The notes under the pieces are model-generated. The model saw only the letters and a program-made list of their open reading frames with translations, was not told the origin of the DNA and ran no database searches. The translations under genes were made by a program, and so were the position numbers. Positions 54,644 to 63,981 of a DNA stretch of 64,000 nucleotides are shown piece after piece. Where the stretch lies: the IMG/VR virus record IMGVR_UViG_3300033069_001715. One strand, 5' to 3'. How positions within the stretch are numbered: position 1 is the first letter of the stretch; every line of letters starts with the position of its first letter. This DNA is from an uncultured virus (IMG/VR IMGVR_UViG_3300033069_001715) (Duplodnaviria; Heunggongvirae; Uroviricota; Caudoviricetes).

Positions 54644-55027
54644 CTACCAGTCAATGTTGATTAGATACTCACCGGCTTCGAGCTTGCCCTGAGCGTGCAG
54701 GTCATTGGCCACCATCTCTAGCATTGGATAGTAGTTACGCTGCCAAAATATGGCAACCTGCCAATCCTCAAGGCCTTCCCCAACACTGGTCGGGTCACAA
54801 CTTTTCCAAACCTCAAACTTCACACCCATTTCATCGCCATTAACTTCGATTGGAATCGACTCATTCTCGTAGTCTTCGGCATCGGGGCATGGAACCGTCA
54901 GAGTCACCGTCCCTCGCTGTTTACATCCATCTTGCTGCTGCAACGCGTAGGTTCGGCCGTAGTTCTGCTCTACAAAATCATCCCAGTCGCTGACTTCAAC
55001 AACACGTGTCAAGGTGTACTTGAGCAT
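54644..55027 (-). CDS. Hypothetical phage protein
   Basis: FWQRNYYP...GEYLINIDW. Confidence 0.6.
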   Translation of the reverse strand: MLKYTLTRVVEVSDWDDFVEQNYGRTYALQQQDGCKQRGTVTLTVPCPDAEDYENESIPIEVNGDEMGVKFEVWKSCDPTSVGEGLEDWQVAIFWQRNYYPMLEMVANDLHAQGKLEAGEYLINIDW

Positions 55028-55416
55028 GGTGGTTCCTTAGAAAAGAGAATTCTTGCTAGTTCTTGAAAATCCGTCGCGGGCACATAGATCTTAACTCGCT
55101 CACCTAGGTCAAGCTCGTCCACTCTCTGCCAAAACTCCTTGTCAGTTACACGTGAAAGTGATTCCAGCAAGCGAAGCATCGACGGCGAGCTGTCGCAATC
55201 TAAAATCGAACAGCCCAAGAGCTCTTCAGTGCTGTACTCTCGAACTGCACCTATCAAACTAGGCTGCTTAGTTCCGCGGCTCCACTGAACCTGCCACTTG
55301 TCACTTGTGGAAACATCTCGGTGAGCAGTCCCCGTGTGACCAACATCGACCCAAAAAACATCGCCTACTTCGTCACTAACCTCGTGCGGCTTGACGCACA
55401 GTACCTTAAAAGCCAC
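55009..55416 (-). CDS. Hypothetical protein
   Basis: GGAGG RBS, coupled GTG start. Confidence 0.55.
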   Translation of the reverse strand: MAFKVLCVKPHEVSDEVGDVFWVDVGHTGTAHRDVSTSDKWQVQWSRGTKQPSLIGAVREYSTEELLGCSILDCDSSPSMLRLLESLSRVTDKEFWQRVDELDLGERVKIYVPATDFQELARILFSKEPPCSSTP

Positions 55417-56204
55417 TACAGTCCTCCTTCGAGAGAATCGATTGGATGCTGGTTACACGTCCCCCAGTAACGTCGTTCGTCTCCTCGCATCATCAGCAAA
55501 TGCGAGATCACGTCATCAGTCGGTGCCATCGCGCCAGCCCATGTTCTGGCGTAATAGCCAATCCCATGCCAGCAAAGGCACACCAGCGGTCTAACTGGCT
55601 CATTGCCACGGCTGATGTACGCCACCGTTGGCTTGTTCTTTCGGAAGTTGTACAGAATGCCACTTCGAGCACTGGTCTCGATGAAGCTTCCGTTGACAAC
55701 GTAGAGGTCAAATAGGTGCTTAGGAATCAACTCGGAAAGCTTTTGCATCGCCTTGAGCTCCGCCTCTGCGCTGATCTGTATTTGACAGCAGAACGTCTTG
55801 ATACTCATCGACGCGCGGCGAAGGGCAAACGCGTTAGGTACAACAACATGCTTGGTCTTATCGCTTCCGGGCTCTCGGTAGAGATAGATCTCTCGGCCCC
55901 TGCTATCGACCCAAAGGTTAACAACCTCACAATCTCCGTCACGAGCCACCTGCTCAAACGCCTGCTCCATGAGCTTGGTATGACGGTAGATATCGCCTTG
56001 GCCAACATCACCGTCACCACCCATTTTCGCCAAATCCGGATACGGAAACCGGTCACTGAGCATTAGCTTGGCGGTATCGCAAGGAAGTGGATACCCGAAG
56101 TAGTGCTCTCGCTCGATGGCCAGATTACGCATTAACTCCCGGATATCACTCCAGGTGGGAAGATTATCCTCCTGCTCGGATTGGGACGCTTGTGACTTTG
56201 ACAT
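55416..56204 (-). CDS. Hypothetical protein with CLCWH motif (partner of the GG-ending protein)
   Basis: AELKA..ETSARSG..YNFR..CLCWHGIGYY..WAG..PTDD..H..NQH; start uncertain. Confidence 0.6.
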   Translation of the reverse strand: MSKSQASQSEQEDNLPTWSDIRELMRNLAIEREHYFGYPLPCDTAKLMLSDRFPYPDLAKMGGDGDVGQGDIYRHTKLMEQAFEQVARDGDCEVVNLWVDSRGREIYLYREPGSDKTKHVVVPNAFALRRASMSIKTFCCQIQISAEAELKAMQKLSELIPKHLFDLYVVNGSFIETSARSGILYNFRKNKPTVAYISRGNEPVRPLVCLCWHGIGYYARTWAGAMAPTDDVISHLLMMRGDERRYWGTCNQHPIDSLEGGL

Positions 56205-56547
56205 CAGCAGCCGGTACAGACTTCTTCCTGCCCCTCTTACCCTTTTTCGGAATCGCGTTGGGATTTGGCGGCGGTCCGAGATTTGACTCCGGTACATCAC
56301 TATCGGCCGGCTTGGGTGGTCCCTGAGGACTATCCGAAACGTCTGCGATGATGTAGCTGTCGGTGTTAGCGTCAAAGTCTAGAATCCTTGTTGTTTTTCC
56401 CTCAATGTCTGCAAAGAGAATGCAGCCGCTTCGAAGGAGCGTAGTTACAGCCCGTCTGGCACGCTCAAGCTCGATAGGATCAGCCTTATCAAACTTGAGC
56501 GTCAAATGTCCGTCGCCCACTGATAAAATATCTAACGTTCCACTCAC
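56164..56547 (-). CDS. Small protein ending in -RAGG (ubiquitin/ThiS-like?)
   Basis: GTG start overlaps the upstream TGA, RBS GAAGGAAG; beta-beta-alpha-beta pattern; C-terminus VTSVPIRAGG. Confidence 0.55.
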   Translation of the reverse strand: MSGTLDILSVGDGHLTLKFDKADPIELERARRAVTTLLRSGCILFADIEGKTTRILDFDANTDSYIIADVSDSPQGPPKPADSDVPESNLGPPPNPNAIPKKGKRGRKKSVPAADVKVTSVPIRAGG

Positions 56548-56975
56548 TGGTCTTCCTTCACGCTCGTAGTTAATAGCTTGGCGATCTTCGTAGCTAACGC
56601 ATACTGCCTCTTGTTGATCGCCGCATCCTGCCTTGTAGTTAGGTGCATGATCCTGCAAACTTCATGCTCGTTGATGTCCACCACCTTCAAATGAGCTTGA
56701 GGCGCTGCGTCTGGGTCAGACATATCGTCAAACCAGCCATTCACAGCAAACGGAGGCTCATAATCATTAAGGGGGTCGTCCGGAAACAACTGATAAGCGA
56801 GCATCGCAGCAAACACCACCTGGTTGCCCAGATGCAAACAGGCTTTTGCTTCTTGCTTCAAAGCCTCTGGATTAACCAACTCTTCAGCAGAACAGGTGGT
56901 CTCAAACGTATATTTCCTCCACGTTCCGTCAGCATACGCAATACCGACAGTAGTCTTTCCCTTACGATTACTCAT
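56544..56975 (-). CDS. Hypothetical protein
   Basis: GGAGG RBS, ATGA coupling. Confidence 0.6.
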   Translation of the reverse strand: MSNRKGKTTVGIAYADGTWRKYTFETTCSAEELVNPEALKQEAKACLHLGNQVVFAAMLAYQLFPDDPLNDYEPPFAVNGWFDDMSDPDAAPQAHLKVVDINEHEVCRIMHLTTRQDAAINKRQYALATKIAKLLTTSVKEDQ

Positions 56976-57406
56976 GTCACCTCCCAGGGTCTAATAAGTT
57001 CAACACCCTCCTGCGTCGCATCGGATCGCTCCAGCAGTAAACGATAGCCGACGTGATATCTCTGCGGAGAGTGAGAGAAAATCGTCGCATCTGGCTCCAA
57101 GTTGTTGGGGTCAGAAGCTAGATAAGCCACAACCCGGTCCCGGAACTGCTTTTGAGTTCGCCAACCTGACATCTCATTCTCCAGCTCCGCCTGCTGCTGC
57201 CTGGCTATCGATTCAACGCTACCACTGTAACGGCGGTCCTGAACCTCTTCGATCGTTGGTGGATCACCACAATCGTACAGCGTTTCTTCGAGTCGCTCTT
57301 TGAGAACAGCACGGCAAACCTTATCCATCTTCGCTGACGTCGATACGTTGTAGTACACCGGATCACTGTCCGTCTTAAGCATCAGCACAGCAATCTGCTT
57401 ACTCAT
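56972..57406 (-). CDS. Hypothetical protein
   Basis: Coupled ORF. Confidence 0.55.
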   Translation of the reverse strand: MSKQIAVLMLKTDSDPVYYNVSTSAKMDKVCRAVLKERLEETLYDCGDPPTIEEVQDRRYSGSVESIARQQQAELENEMSGWRTQKQFRDRVVAYLASDPNNLEPDATIFSHSPQRYHVGYRLLLERSDATQEGVELIRPWEVT

Positions 57407-57788
57407 CTAGCGAGTCCCTAATTGGATGGCCAAACTGCATCCCAGCCAGTTGCACACTGCAAACAGCATCGTGGAAAAACAGCGGAAACTCCTTCGCGAT
57501 GTAACCGGCATCAACGAACTCAAAGAACAGCTGTTTCATCGCAGCTTCATCAGCGTCCTTAGGCTCTTGCTCCCGCCACTGCTGAAGATTACGTCCTAGT
57601 GGAATACAGGCACAGTCATAATTGACCAGCATCTCGTAAACCATGTCCTCAAGTCGAAGCCGCTCCTTCGCCATCGGCGTGTCCCATTTGACACAGGCAA
57701 TGAGCAGCTCATACGCCTTCTCACTTGGACGAATAGTCGGCAACACCCGCTCCGCGTTCTCGTCCGTATCGTAGTAATGTCTACTCAT
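57399..57788 (-). CDS. Hypothetical protein
   Basis: Coupled ORF. Confidence 0.55.
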   Translation of the reverse strand: MSRHYYDTDENAERVLPTIRPSEKAYELLIACVKWDTPMAKERLRLEDMVYEMLVNYDCACIPLGRNLQQWREQEPKDADEAAMKQLFFEFVDAGYIAKEFPLFFHDAVCSVQLAGMQFGHPIRDSLDE

Positions 57789-58090
57789 CTCGTCTGCTCC
57801 GCGTTTGTTTGATTCTCCTGAGCTTCAGCCGCCTGGATAATCTCCTTGGCCAACTGCCCTCGGACTTCCATCTCTCGCTTACGTCTGACGCACTCGGTCT
57901 TGAACCTGGCAATCTGATTATCGATCGTCTTGCACTTCAAGCACACACGATGATGAACAAGCCGTTTAAGTCCATACGACTGGACCAAAAGTGGCAGCTC
58001 AAAACTCCATAGAATGCGATTCTTGTCTTCGCTCGCAACGTAGTGCCAGTCGTGGTCGTCAATCAAACCAAACAATTTGGTACAGCCCAT
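57785..58090 (-). CDS. Hypothetical protein
   Basis: CxxC motif; coupled ORF. Confidence 0.5.
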   Translation of the reverse strand: MGCTKLFGLIDDHDWHYVASEDKNRILWSFELPLLVQSYGLKRLVHHRVCLKCKTIDNQIARFKTECVRRKREMEVRGQLAKEIIQAAEAQENQTNAEQTR

Positions 58091-58519
58091 CTACCACCCC
58101 CTCAGCCACATGCCCAGAATCGCCATCGCCAAAATGACAACAGCAATCAGGATCTCGGCGGTGCTAGGTCTAGCTGCGACGTCTAAAGTTTCTACCGGCG
58201 GCTCGACCTTCTCCGCATGCGCAGCATCCCACTGGTCAAGCCTTTCAGCAATCCAGTCGTCAGCCTCTCGCTTGGAGAGAAATCCCATCTGTAGCCACCC
58301 GTTCTCGCTCTGCATGCTGTAAGACCAGGGCCGAGGATTGCCGTTGTCGCGGTAGAACGGTCCGCGAACATAACCATTGGGAAATGGCACGAAGTTCCGG
58401 TTGCTGTCCACGTAGCCCTCGTAATGACCCCCTTGCTTGAACACGTAGCCCTGGGCAACCATCATCTGGTCAAGTTTGGCGTTGTGCTCTCTGATCCGCT
58501 CTTGAATTGTTTTGGTCAT
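58091..58519 (-). CDS. Hypothetical protein with C-terminal TM helix
   Basis: ILIAVVILAMAILGMWL. Confidence 0.55.
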   Translation of the reverse strand: MTKTIQERIREHNAKLDQMMVAQGYVFKQGGHYEGYVDSNRNFVPFPNGYVRGPFYRDNGNPRPWSYSMQSENGWLQMGFLSKREADDWIAERLDQWDAAHAEKVEPPVETLDVAARPSTAEILIAVVILAMAILGMWLRGW

Positions 58520-58711
58520 CTATCCAACCCAATCTTGGTCGATGATCAGATCACCATCGTCACACATCAAAGAGACCCCCTGAGGATTTCCTGGCTCTTC
58601 TCCATCGTTCTCCGCGGACACTGCCGCCTGCCATTTTCTAACGGCTTCAGCGTAGTTCTCTGCAACAACGAATCCTGGGCGATCTGAATCCTGCACGTGA
58701 AATAGTGGCAT
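58520..58711 (-). CDS. Small hypothetical protein
   Basis: AGGAGG RBS. Confidence 0.6.
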   Translation of the reverse strand: MPLFHVQDSDRPGFVVAENYAEAVRKWQAAVSAENDGEEPGNPQGVSLMCDDGDLIIDQDWVG

Positions 58712-58744
58712 CTTAGCCTCCTATTAGGAATGTGATTGAGTTGC

Positions 58745-58960
58745 TCAATCCTGAACAACCACGTAGTAACGACCGTCTGAGTCTGTTCCCAGACTCTCTC
58801 CGTCTTTGAGCTCCGGCGGACCAATAGAGATCTCCTGGGCGGCTATCTTCTCACCAATCAATTCACCTAGCTCCTCTTCGGAACAGGTTTCCAGATCTCG
58901 GTAATAGTCAATAGCCGCCCCGAAGCTCACAAAATTCGGCGTGCCGAATCTAGTCGCCAC
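58745..58960 (-). CDS. Small hypothetical protein
   Basis: Overlaps the upstream stop. Confidence 0.5.
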   Translation of the reverse strand: MATRFGTPNFVSFGAAIDYYRDLETCSEEELGELIGEKIAAQEISIGPPELKDGESLGTDSDGRYYVVVQD

Positions 58961-59657
58961 TGGTTTGATCTTCCGACTCTTCTACGACAGTGCCGTCGAC
59001 GGTGACGCCAATGGGTGACGTTCCCAAGTACAAATGCCCGCCAGCTACGTCTTGCACTGCAGCCAGAACGTTGGCGTAATGCTCTGGGTTAGCAGCCAGC
59101 GTTTTGGCAGTAAACGCCGCCAGCAGTTTCGAAGCCATCTCGTCGCGATCGGCGATCATCGCCTCTCGCTCAGCAATGTAGCGGTACGCTGCGTTGTCCT
59201 GCTTGATCAGCGAGTTATAAGCTGCCCGTTTAGCTTCTGGCACTGTATACGTGGCCTGTAGCTGAAGACCTTCGGCTGCCGCCTCGAAACAATCAGACAG
59301 CTCAACACCGTTAATGTCGACGCAGTTACCGTCATCGTCTGTTTCGATCGCAACAAAAATCTTTACGTTACCATGCGGCTCAGACAGAGACAGCGAGTAA
59401 AACCCGATACTCCAATCGGCGAACTCGTCATGGAACTCACACAGTGCCTCCATGACTGACACAAACTTCGCCGAATATCGTTTGGTAATATCAGCCTTGA
59501 TCTCGAGGTTCAACTCCTCTCGCAAGGTCTCTATCTGCGATCGCAACTGCTCTCGCTCTCTCGACTTAGCTTCGATCTCCAGCTCCAGCTCGGCAACTCG
59601 CTGCACTACGAGCAGGTTTACGACCTCGCTGTTCCCAATTTGAATATTTAGACTCAT
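58950..59657 (-). CDS. Coiled-coil hypothetical protein
   Basis: Acidic, with heptad pattern. Confidence 0.55.
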   Translation of the reverse strand: MSLNIQIGNSEVVNLLVVQRVAELELEIEAKSREREQLRSQIETLREELNLEIKADITKRYSAKFVSVMEALCEFHDEFADWSIGFYSLSLSEPHGNVKIFVAIETDDDGNCVDINGVELSDCFEAAAEGLQLQATYTVPEAKRAAYNSLIKQDNAAYRYIAEREAMIADRDEMASKLLAAFTAKTLAANPEHYANVLAAVQDVAGGHLYLGTSPIGVTVDGTVVEESEDQTSGD

Positions 59658-59692
59658 ACTTCCGTTCCAGTTCTTGTTAATTGTGATAGTTC

Positions 59693-59706
59693 AGACAGCG
59701 CCGTCT
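59693..59706. repeat. Variant of the dispersed element (AGACAGCGCCGTCT)
   Basis: One core mismatch, intergenic right after a stop codon. Confidence 0.6.
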
Positions 59707-60926
59707 TAGATGTGGCAATCGACAATGGTGAGATAGTGATCGTTTGGAATGCTGTCGAAGATCTGCTTGAAAACCTTCGGCCAATCCTCAACCTCGTTGG
59801 TTGAAGTTCCAAACCAACCCATCTCACCGTTTTGCATCCACTTTCCGTCTTTGACAACCGCCCAAACCGTTAGCGGCTCGGCCTGCCGCACCCACTGCTC
59901 AATCGTCTGGCCCTTCAGCTCAGGCAATTGCCAAGTGGATTCCCAAACGTCTGCTGCGTACTTGGCGTCTTCAGGAAGCCACTCCAAGAACATGGATCGA
60001 TAAGCACCGCCCTTAGGTCTTTGATCCTCTGGCAAGGCCTTCCAGATCTCATGATGCTCCTCACACAGATGAATCGCCCGCTCCATCTCTGGTCGCGTGA
60101 CAACTCGCTGTTTCTTCTTGAGCACCTGGTCAATGCAGTCATCGAGCCACTTGTAGCCGTTGGACATCTGGAGGGCGTGCATGGCGTTGATATCCAAATC
60201 TCCCTTGCGGGAACTATCACAACGGCCCGGTATCCGTCCGTTGATGAAACCTGGATAGATCATGTCGATGATGTTGACAATAGCCTGCTCAAGTGAGGAC
60301 GACGCTCCGCAGGGAGCGTTGCTGATGAACTTGCCGGTGTAACGCCCGCCAACACTCCACCAATCCCACTGGGCGTTAGGATTGGTTCGCTTGATGACTC
60401 GTTGAACATCGCCGTTTTCGTCCAAACGGATGTAGCCGTACTTATGCTCCCCATCCAATTCTGGAGACTCAGCAGTCGCAATCGACTCATATCCTGTGTT
60501 ACTGATCACGAACTCCAAAAACGTCATCGCCTCGTTTAACTTCTTGTCAAGCTCAATAGCACCTTCTGGCAAGAAGTGAACTCTCGCGGCGTAGCCTCGG
60601 CCGTCACCCCAATCACGACTGGTCCAAAACAAACCATCGCCTTGCCCAGTTCCGGCGATCGGTCCGATCTTCTTGGACTCCTCTTCTGTCGGCACGCGAA
60701 AAAACTGATCATCCCATTTGACGTGCTCAGTGCCGTCAGCCAGCCGAATCATCGGCTGCGTCTCCCTCTCGTATTCATCCTGAAGCGATTGGGTTCGGTC
60801 TACGTCTACAACATATTCATTTCGCACACCAGTGCACTCGAACTCGTGATACGGTCCAAGCACCTTATCGAGAACCTTACCTGTTGGCGGCTCACTGGTG
60901 ACGACTAGAACTGAAAAGTGGCTCAT
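59706..60926 (-). CDS. Phage hypothetical protein (MSHF...NPNAQWDWW...VDCHI type)
   Basis: Recognisable motif pattern seen in phage proteins of unknown function. Confidence 0.65.
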   Translation of the reverse strand: MSHFSVLVVTSEPPTGKVLDKVLGPYHEFECTGVRNEYVVDVDRTQSLQDEYERETQPMIRLADGTEHVKWDDQFFRVPTEEESKKIGPIAGTGQGDGLFWTSRDWGDGRGYAARVHFLPEGAIELDKKLNEAMTFLEFVISNTGYESIATAESPELDGEHKYGYIRLDENGDVQRVIKRTNPNAQWDWWSVGGRYTGKFISNAPCGASSSLEQAIVNIIDMIYPGFINGRIPGRCDSSRKGDLDINAMHALQMSNGYKWLDDCIDQVLKKKQRVVTRPEMERAIHLCEEHHEIWKALPEDQRPKGGAYRSMFLEWLPEDAKYAADVWESTWQLPELKGQTIEQWVRQAEPLTVWAVVKDGKWMQNGEMGWFGTSTNEVEDWPKVFKQIFDSIPNDHYLTIVDCHI

Positions 60927-61390
60927 TGTTTAGAGTCCTCTGCTAAATCTTCTTTGATCGAGGCAACCGTTCTTTCAAGACGGGCCAGGCTCTCCCGTCG
61001 CTCCTTCAAAATTCGCTCCGCCTGATCAATGGATGACCGGGCCAACTGAAGCTGCACGTCGTAGAAGGCGATTCTGGCCTTCCGCTGGTCTGGATAGTAC
61101 TCACCGTCAAACCAGTCAGTAATGCTGCGATCATGGTGGTCTACGTCTAGGTAGTCAACAAAGCGAATGTGATCGCCTCGATGACAAACCAGAAGCTCGA
61201 TCCGACCTTGGGCGCCAACACCGTGATCAGCCCTCAGCTCATACATCACGTGGTCCTCATACTGGCGGACCCCGATAACGGAGAACTCCAGTATGTCCAT
61301 ACAGCAAGGTCGCCAAAGCCTGTCCTTGCATTTAAGCATTTCCATCAAGAAGCTCCGTTTGTGGGCCTTTGAGTCGACTGGCCTGCTCAA
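60923..61390 (-). CDS. Hypothetical protein
   Basis: C-terminal coiled coil; start uncertain. Confidence 0.5.
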   Translation of the reverse strand: MSRPVDSKAHKRSFLMEMLKCKDRLWRPCCMDILEFSVIGVRQYEDHVMYELRADHGVGAQGRIELLVCHRGDHIRFVDYLDVDHHDRSITDWFDGEYYPDQRKARIAFYDVQLQLARSSIDQAERILKERRESLARLERTVASIKEDLAEDSKQ

Positions 61391-62123
61391 GTCCCATCGT
61401 GTGCAGCATCAAATCAATCTGCGCTGCAACCTCAGTCCGGACCTGCTGAACCGTCTCCTCCATCTGCTCCTCCAACAACGTCTGCACAAAGGCGAAGTTC
61501 TTGGGGATATTTCCCAAACGACAGTCCAGCTCATGAAGAAGGGCTGTAACCTCTTTGAGCGTCGGTCGCTTGCCCTCTCTTTGCCAATTGGCAACGGTAT
61601 TCCGGATGTTGAACAGCGATTCGATAGCATCGCGACCTGCCGCTTTGATCCGCTCGGACGCGTCGTTAACGTCATCAACAAGATTCTCCGGCCCTTCAAT
61701 CATCTCACCGCAGAAACGCCCAAGTGTCGCCGGAACACCCTCGCCACCAAAGGACGTGATAAGGGTAGCGAACTGAGAGGCTGTCATGTACACCGTGATT
61801 ATCGTGCCACTCTCGTAGAGCCTGCGATTGCTACCGTCGCGGATGATCTCCTGAGCAGTATGAATGCTCAGCGATACATAGTGCTGATGATTGACCCTTG
61901 ACTGCCAAAGCACCGCACCGCTGCTGTGCGTACGATTGAGCCTAACTACCGCCTGGTAAGGGGCCTCGATTCGAGTCTGCCCCTTATCATCCACCGTCGT
62001 GCTGTGCGGCCTTACCGCTGCTCGGTACGACCGGAGCTCTTCAAACACCGCCTGAGCCTGGGCGGCGGTCAGCTTGTTAGCCGCCACCGCCTCCAGTGGA
62101 ACAAGCTTAGGCTGGGACATCAA
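61332..62123 (-). CDS. Phage hypothetical protein
   Basis: MTASQFATLITS.G.EGVPATL motif. Confidence 0.6.
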   Translation of the reverse strand: MMSQPKLVPLEAVAANKLTAAQAQAVFEELRSYRAAVRPHSTTVDDKGQTRIEAPYQAVVRLNRTHSSGAVLWQSRVNHQHYVSLSIHTAQEIIRDGSNRRLYESGTIITVYMTASQFATLITSFGGEGVPATLGRFCGEMIEGPENLVDDVNDASERIKAAGRDAIESLFNIRNTVANWQREGKRPTLKEVTALLHELDCRLGNIPKNFAFVQTLLEEQMEETVQQVRTEVAAQIDLMLHTMGLEQASRLKGPQTELLDGNA

Positions 62124-62463
62124 TATTCGCCCCAGGTAGTGCCTTCTCAGCCAATCGAGCTGCGCGACGAAACTGCCTCATCTTCCGATTGAACTTCCAT
62201 CGCTCCCACCAGGTCGAACCAGTGCGGCCCTCCCGGATTCCTCTCACCAAGTCCCGCAGTCGATTAGCCCAGTAATGAGCACGATTGGCCTGCATCTTAA
62301 ACTCGAACATGGCCGCAGCCAGCGAGTTCTTGAGGACAGCGTTTTCCTTTTCAAGCTCCTGGCAGCGGCGGTTAAGTCTTTGATTGGTTTCCACCATCTG
62401 CTGCCGAGAAGCCATACACAGCTTCCAACCTTCTTGAGGCTTTGCCCCTTGATTCTTACCCAT
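62107..62463 (-). CDS. Hypothetical coiled-coil protein
   Basis: AAGGAG RBS. Confidence 0.55.
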   Translation of the reverse strand: MGKNQGAKPQEGWKLCMASRQQMVETNQRLNRRCQELEKENAVLKNSLAAAMFEFKMQANRAHYWANRLRDLVRGIREGRTGSTWWERWKFNRKMRQFRRAARLAEKALPGANIDVPA

Positions 62464-62479
62464 TACTCTCTCCTTGTTT

Positions 62480-62495
62480 AAGACAGCGCTGTCGC
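62480..62495. repeat. 16-bp near-palindrome, copy 11 (1 flank mismatch)
   Basis: AAGACAGCGCTGTCGC, intergenic, upstream of an RBS. Confidence 0.9.
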
Positions 62496-62499
62496 TGAA

Positions 62500-62763
62500 C
62501 TACGTCTTGGCCCACTTGAGCAAGTCAGCAATCTTCTGTTTGCCGACAGCCTCTCCATCGAAGCGGCCTATATGATAAACCGCCCGAACCAGTTGTTCCA
62601 CCTGGCGATGCAACTCAAGGTTGTAGGCTATCTCTTTGGTGGTCCTAATCGACGGCATGCTGTTGCCGTTGACCGAGATATTCATGACGAAAACGTCTGG
62701 CGGATCTTCGTCACTACCCTCGCCAGGCCATATGGAAACCCTAGGGTTCTCGTTTTTGCTCAC
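62500..62763 (-). CDS. Small hypothetical protein
   Basis: GTGA coupling. Confidence 0.5.
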   Translation of the reverse strand: MSKNENPRVSIWPGEGSDEDPPDVFVMNISVNGNSMPSIRTTKEIAYNLELHRQVEQLVRAVYHIGRFDGEAVGKQKIADLLKWAKT

Positions 62764-62996
62764 ACGAACCCCTCGATGTAATCCCGCATTTGCTTCTCGG
62801 TATTGAGCAACCCATTAACCAACAGTGGGAATCCCAAGTCCTGAATTATGGCCTTGAGATCGCGAGTTCCCTCATGCTTCATCACGTCACTGGAAAAGGA
62901 ATCAAACGCCTGTCGATAATCACCAGCCTCAACATACTGCATCGCCCTGTCCTTGCACCACTGAAGGTGCTCGGCCCTTGTCATTGGCTCTTTCAA
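62760..62996 (-). CDS. Small hypothetical protein
   Basis: TRAEHLQWCKDRA motif. Confidence 0.55.
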   Translation of the reverse strand: MKEPMTRAEHLQWCKDRAMQYVEAGDYRQAFDSFSSDVMKHEGTRDLKAIIQDLGFPLLVNGLLNTEKQMRDYIEGFV

Positions 62997-63454
62997 CTTA
63001 GCTTCCTCACCAGCTTGTCAAGCTTCTTGGCGATCTCTTTGGCTCCGACAATGAGCGTCTTCAGCTCTGTAGCTGCAGCCTTCTTTGCCATAGGCTCACG
63101 AGTTGGCACTGGTCGTTTCCACGCCGCACGTTTGCCCTTCTTTTTCTTCTTGGGCGGAAGTTTCTTTTTAACCTTCACCTCCTTGGGCAAGTACATCGCG
63201 TGATCAGGCAAGATCGTGATATTCGCCTCTGGATTTCCCGGTGTTTGGTGATCAGACAGATCCACCGCATAAGCGAAGTGGCCGACTTTGGCATAAGGTG
63301 CCAGATTTCCCTCAAGATCGTAAAAGGGCCCACAACAGCCGTCCGTCCTGGGCAAAATAGTATTCAACTTCTCCAGTCGATACCGCCCCAGGTCATACGT
63401 CTCGCCCTGGTTAGTTCCCTTTGGAAAGGTGTACACGCGAATTAAATCGTTCAT
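62993..63454 (-). CDS. Hypothetical protein, Lys-rich C-terminus
   Basis: AAAGGAG RBS. Confidence 0.55.
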   Translation of the reverse strand: MNDLIRVYTFPKGTNQGETYDLGRYRLEKLNTILPRTDGCCGPFYDLEGNLAPYAKVGHFAYAVDLSDHQTPGNPEANITILPDHAMYLPKEVKVKKKLPPKKKKKGKRAAWKRPVPTREPMAKKAAATELKTLIVGAKEIAKKLDKLVRKLS

Positions 63455-63981
63455 TTCTCTCCTTTGTTTTTGATTCCTAGTTCTTCATTATCCAGCTGAA
63501 TGGCGCGGGCGAGCCAGAGTAGTGCCTGCCTGACACGCCCGTGACGTCCGCCGCCGATCCCTGTCCTGCAGCGAATGCTGGGTAGTGGATAGGGCTTGCT
63601 ACCTTCGTTCTGCACGTTCTCCCACTCCTGGGCGCTCAAGTGACAGTCACCGTCAGTAGCAACATATACCGAGAAATAGGTAGCCTCGTTGGAGCCCTTG
63701 TCGTCGCAGTAGAACGTGTAGGCGTGGTTCATCTGCAGCCCCTCAGGCCACTGCGGACTGAGCACAAGGTTGTCTGGGGGAAGGCGATCACAGTTTACGT
63801 CTAAATACGCCAAGTGATCGTAACCCGCGAAGTCTGGAGGCTCGTCAGCATTGACAGCTAGATATATTCTTGGCTTATCGTCTTCGTCTTCATCGTCTTC
63901 ATCCTCATCGTCTTCGTCGTTGTCCTCATCAAAGACAATCCCGCTGACTGGGATCATCTCAAAGGACTTCATCATCGTCAA
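63451..63981 (-). CDS. Hypothetical protein with acidic tract
   Basis: D/E run near the N-terminus; may extend beyond the window. Confidence 0.55.
   Translation of the reverse strand: MTMMKSFEMIPVSGIVFDEDNDEDDEDEDDEDEDDKPRIYLAVNADEPPDFAGYDHLAYLDVNCDRLPPDNLVLSPQWPEGLQMNHAYTFYCDDKGSNEATYFSVYVATDGDCHLSAQEWENVQNEGSKPYPLPSIRCRTGIGGGRHGRVRQALLWLARAIQLDNEELGIKNKGEK

Noticed and set aside
6565..62495. Reading the 16-bp repeats as a CRISPR array or as IS ends
   Set aside because: Copies are kilobases apart, lie inside intact genes, and have no spacers, cas genes, transposase or target-site duplications.
1084..63445. Numerous plus-strand and nested ORFs in the six-frame track
   Set aside because: They are antisense or alternative-frame shadows of longer minus-strand genes and lack RBSs or motifs. 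Only 38495 and 49746 were accepted on the plus strand.
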